A stretch of DNA of 63,604 bases, filler included, from Octopus bimaculoides (Eukaryota), in assembly GCF_001194135.2 (NCBI RefSeq). It is 8 parts of 8 records of this genome, joined end to end, with 100 filler letters (N's around TTAATTAATTAA, not from the genome) between each part and the next. Parts side by side here need not be neighbours in the genome. Positions count along the whole stretch, not along the records: positions 55,795 to 63,604 come from NC_068983.1; 7 more parts are not named here. One strand, 5' to 3'. A program made the translations under genes and the position numbers. Below the pieces are notes generated by a model. It saw only the letters and a list, made by a program, of their open reading frames with translations, made no database searches and was not told the origin of the DNA. Below are positions 63,127-63,604 of the stretch, in pieces. Position 1 is the stretch's first letter, and each line of letters starts with the position of its first letter.

Positions 63127-63210
63127 AAGAGAGAAAGAGAGAGAGAGAGAGAAAGAGAGAAAGAGAGAGAGAGACGGACGGACAGACAGACGAGCAGACA
63201 GACTGATAGA
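63030..63210. repeat. Compound (GATA)n/(AG)n/(GACA)n microsatellite
   Basis: Direct inspection. Confidence 0.95.
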
Positions 63211-63566
63211 TTGAGTATTTGACATTCAAATATATTGCATTACAAAATAAAAATTTGCCATAATGAGTTCCCGATTCAAAAAGAAACATTAATTGTATTG
63301 TTTACATTAGACTGAGAAAGAAGACATAAAACTTAAAAGAAGACATGTTGACAGTTGTATACAAACATTAAGGTGTTAAAAATAATGCAAGACAATCAAC
63401 AAAGGCAGATCGGTGGGAACCGTTTTAGCACTGGCCTAAATACATTGCAGTATTTAGTTACAAACCTCATAATCTCAATGAAAATTTCAGTAGCCGGGTT
63501 TGACTGTCATTTTATCTGTTCGATTAATGCTCCTATCATACTCTGGGATTTATTCAGTAGGCAGCA

Positions 63567-63604
<38 letters not shown>

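Overview
Repeat-dense, AT-rich animal genomic DNA from a gapped draft assembly. The SINE families, microsatellite load and N-flanked TTAATTAATTAA joins suggest an octopus (inference). The only confidently identified gene is PRPF39 (U1 snRNP HAT-repeat splicing factor), with three + strand coding exons at 1903-2028, 9473-9582 and 10251-10418; its other exons are not visible. Just upstream of the second exon is a CpG-retaining island with three independent candidate PTC-generating splice options, a likely poison-exon/NMD autoregulatory module. The rest is mostly transposon-derived: a full-length decayed DD34D mariner, two internally deleted DD37D (maT) elements, Tc1/Tc2/hAT MITEs, Tx1, R4/Dong and RTE LINE fragments, two abundant tRNA-type SINE families, Penelope-type minimal hammerhead motifs and many microsatellites. 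CpG content of homologous repeats changes sharply at the unsized join at 26032-26131. A possible first coding exon of an unidentified minus-strand gene lies near 49.5 kb. Most ORFs in the supplied track are microsatellite or N-gap artefacts.
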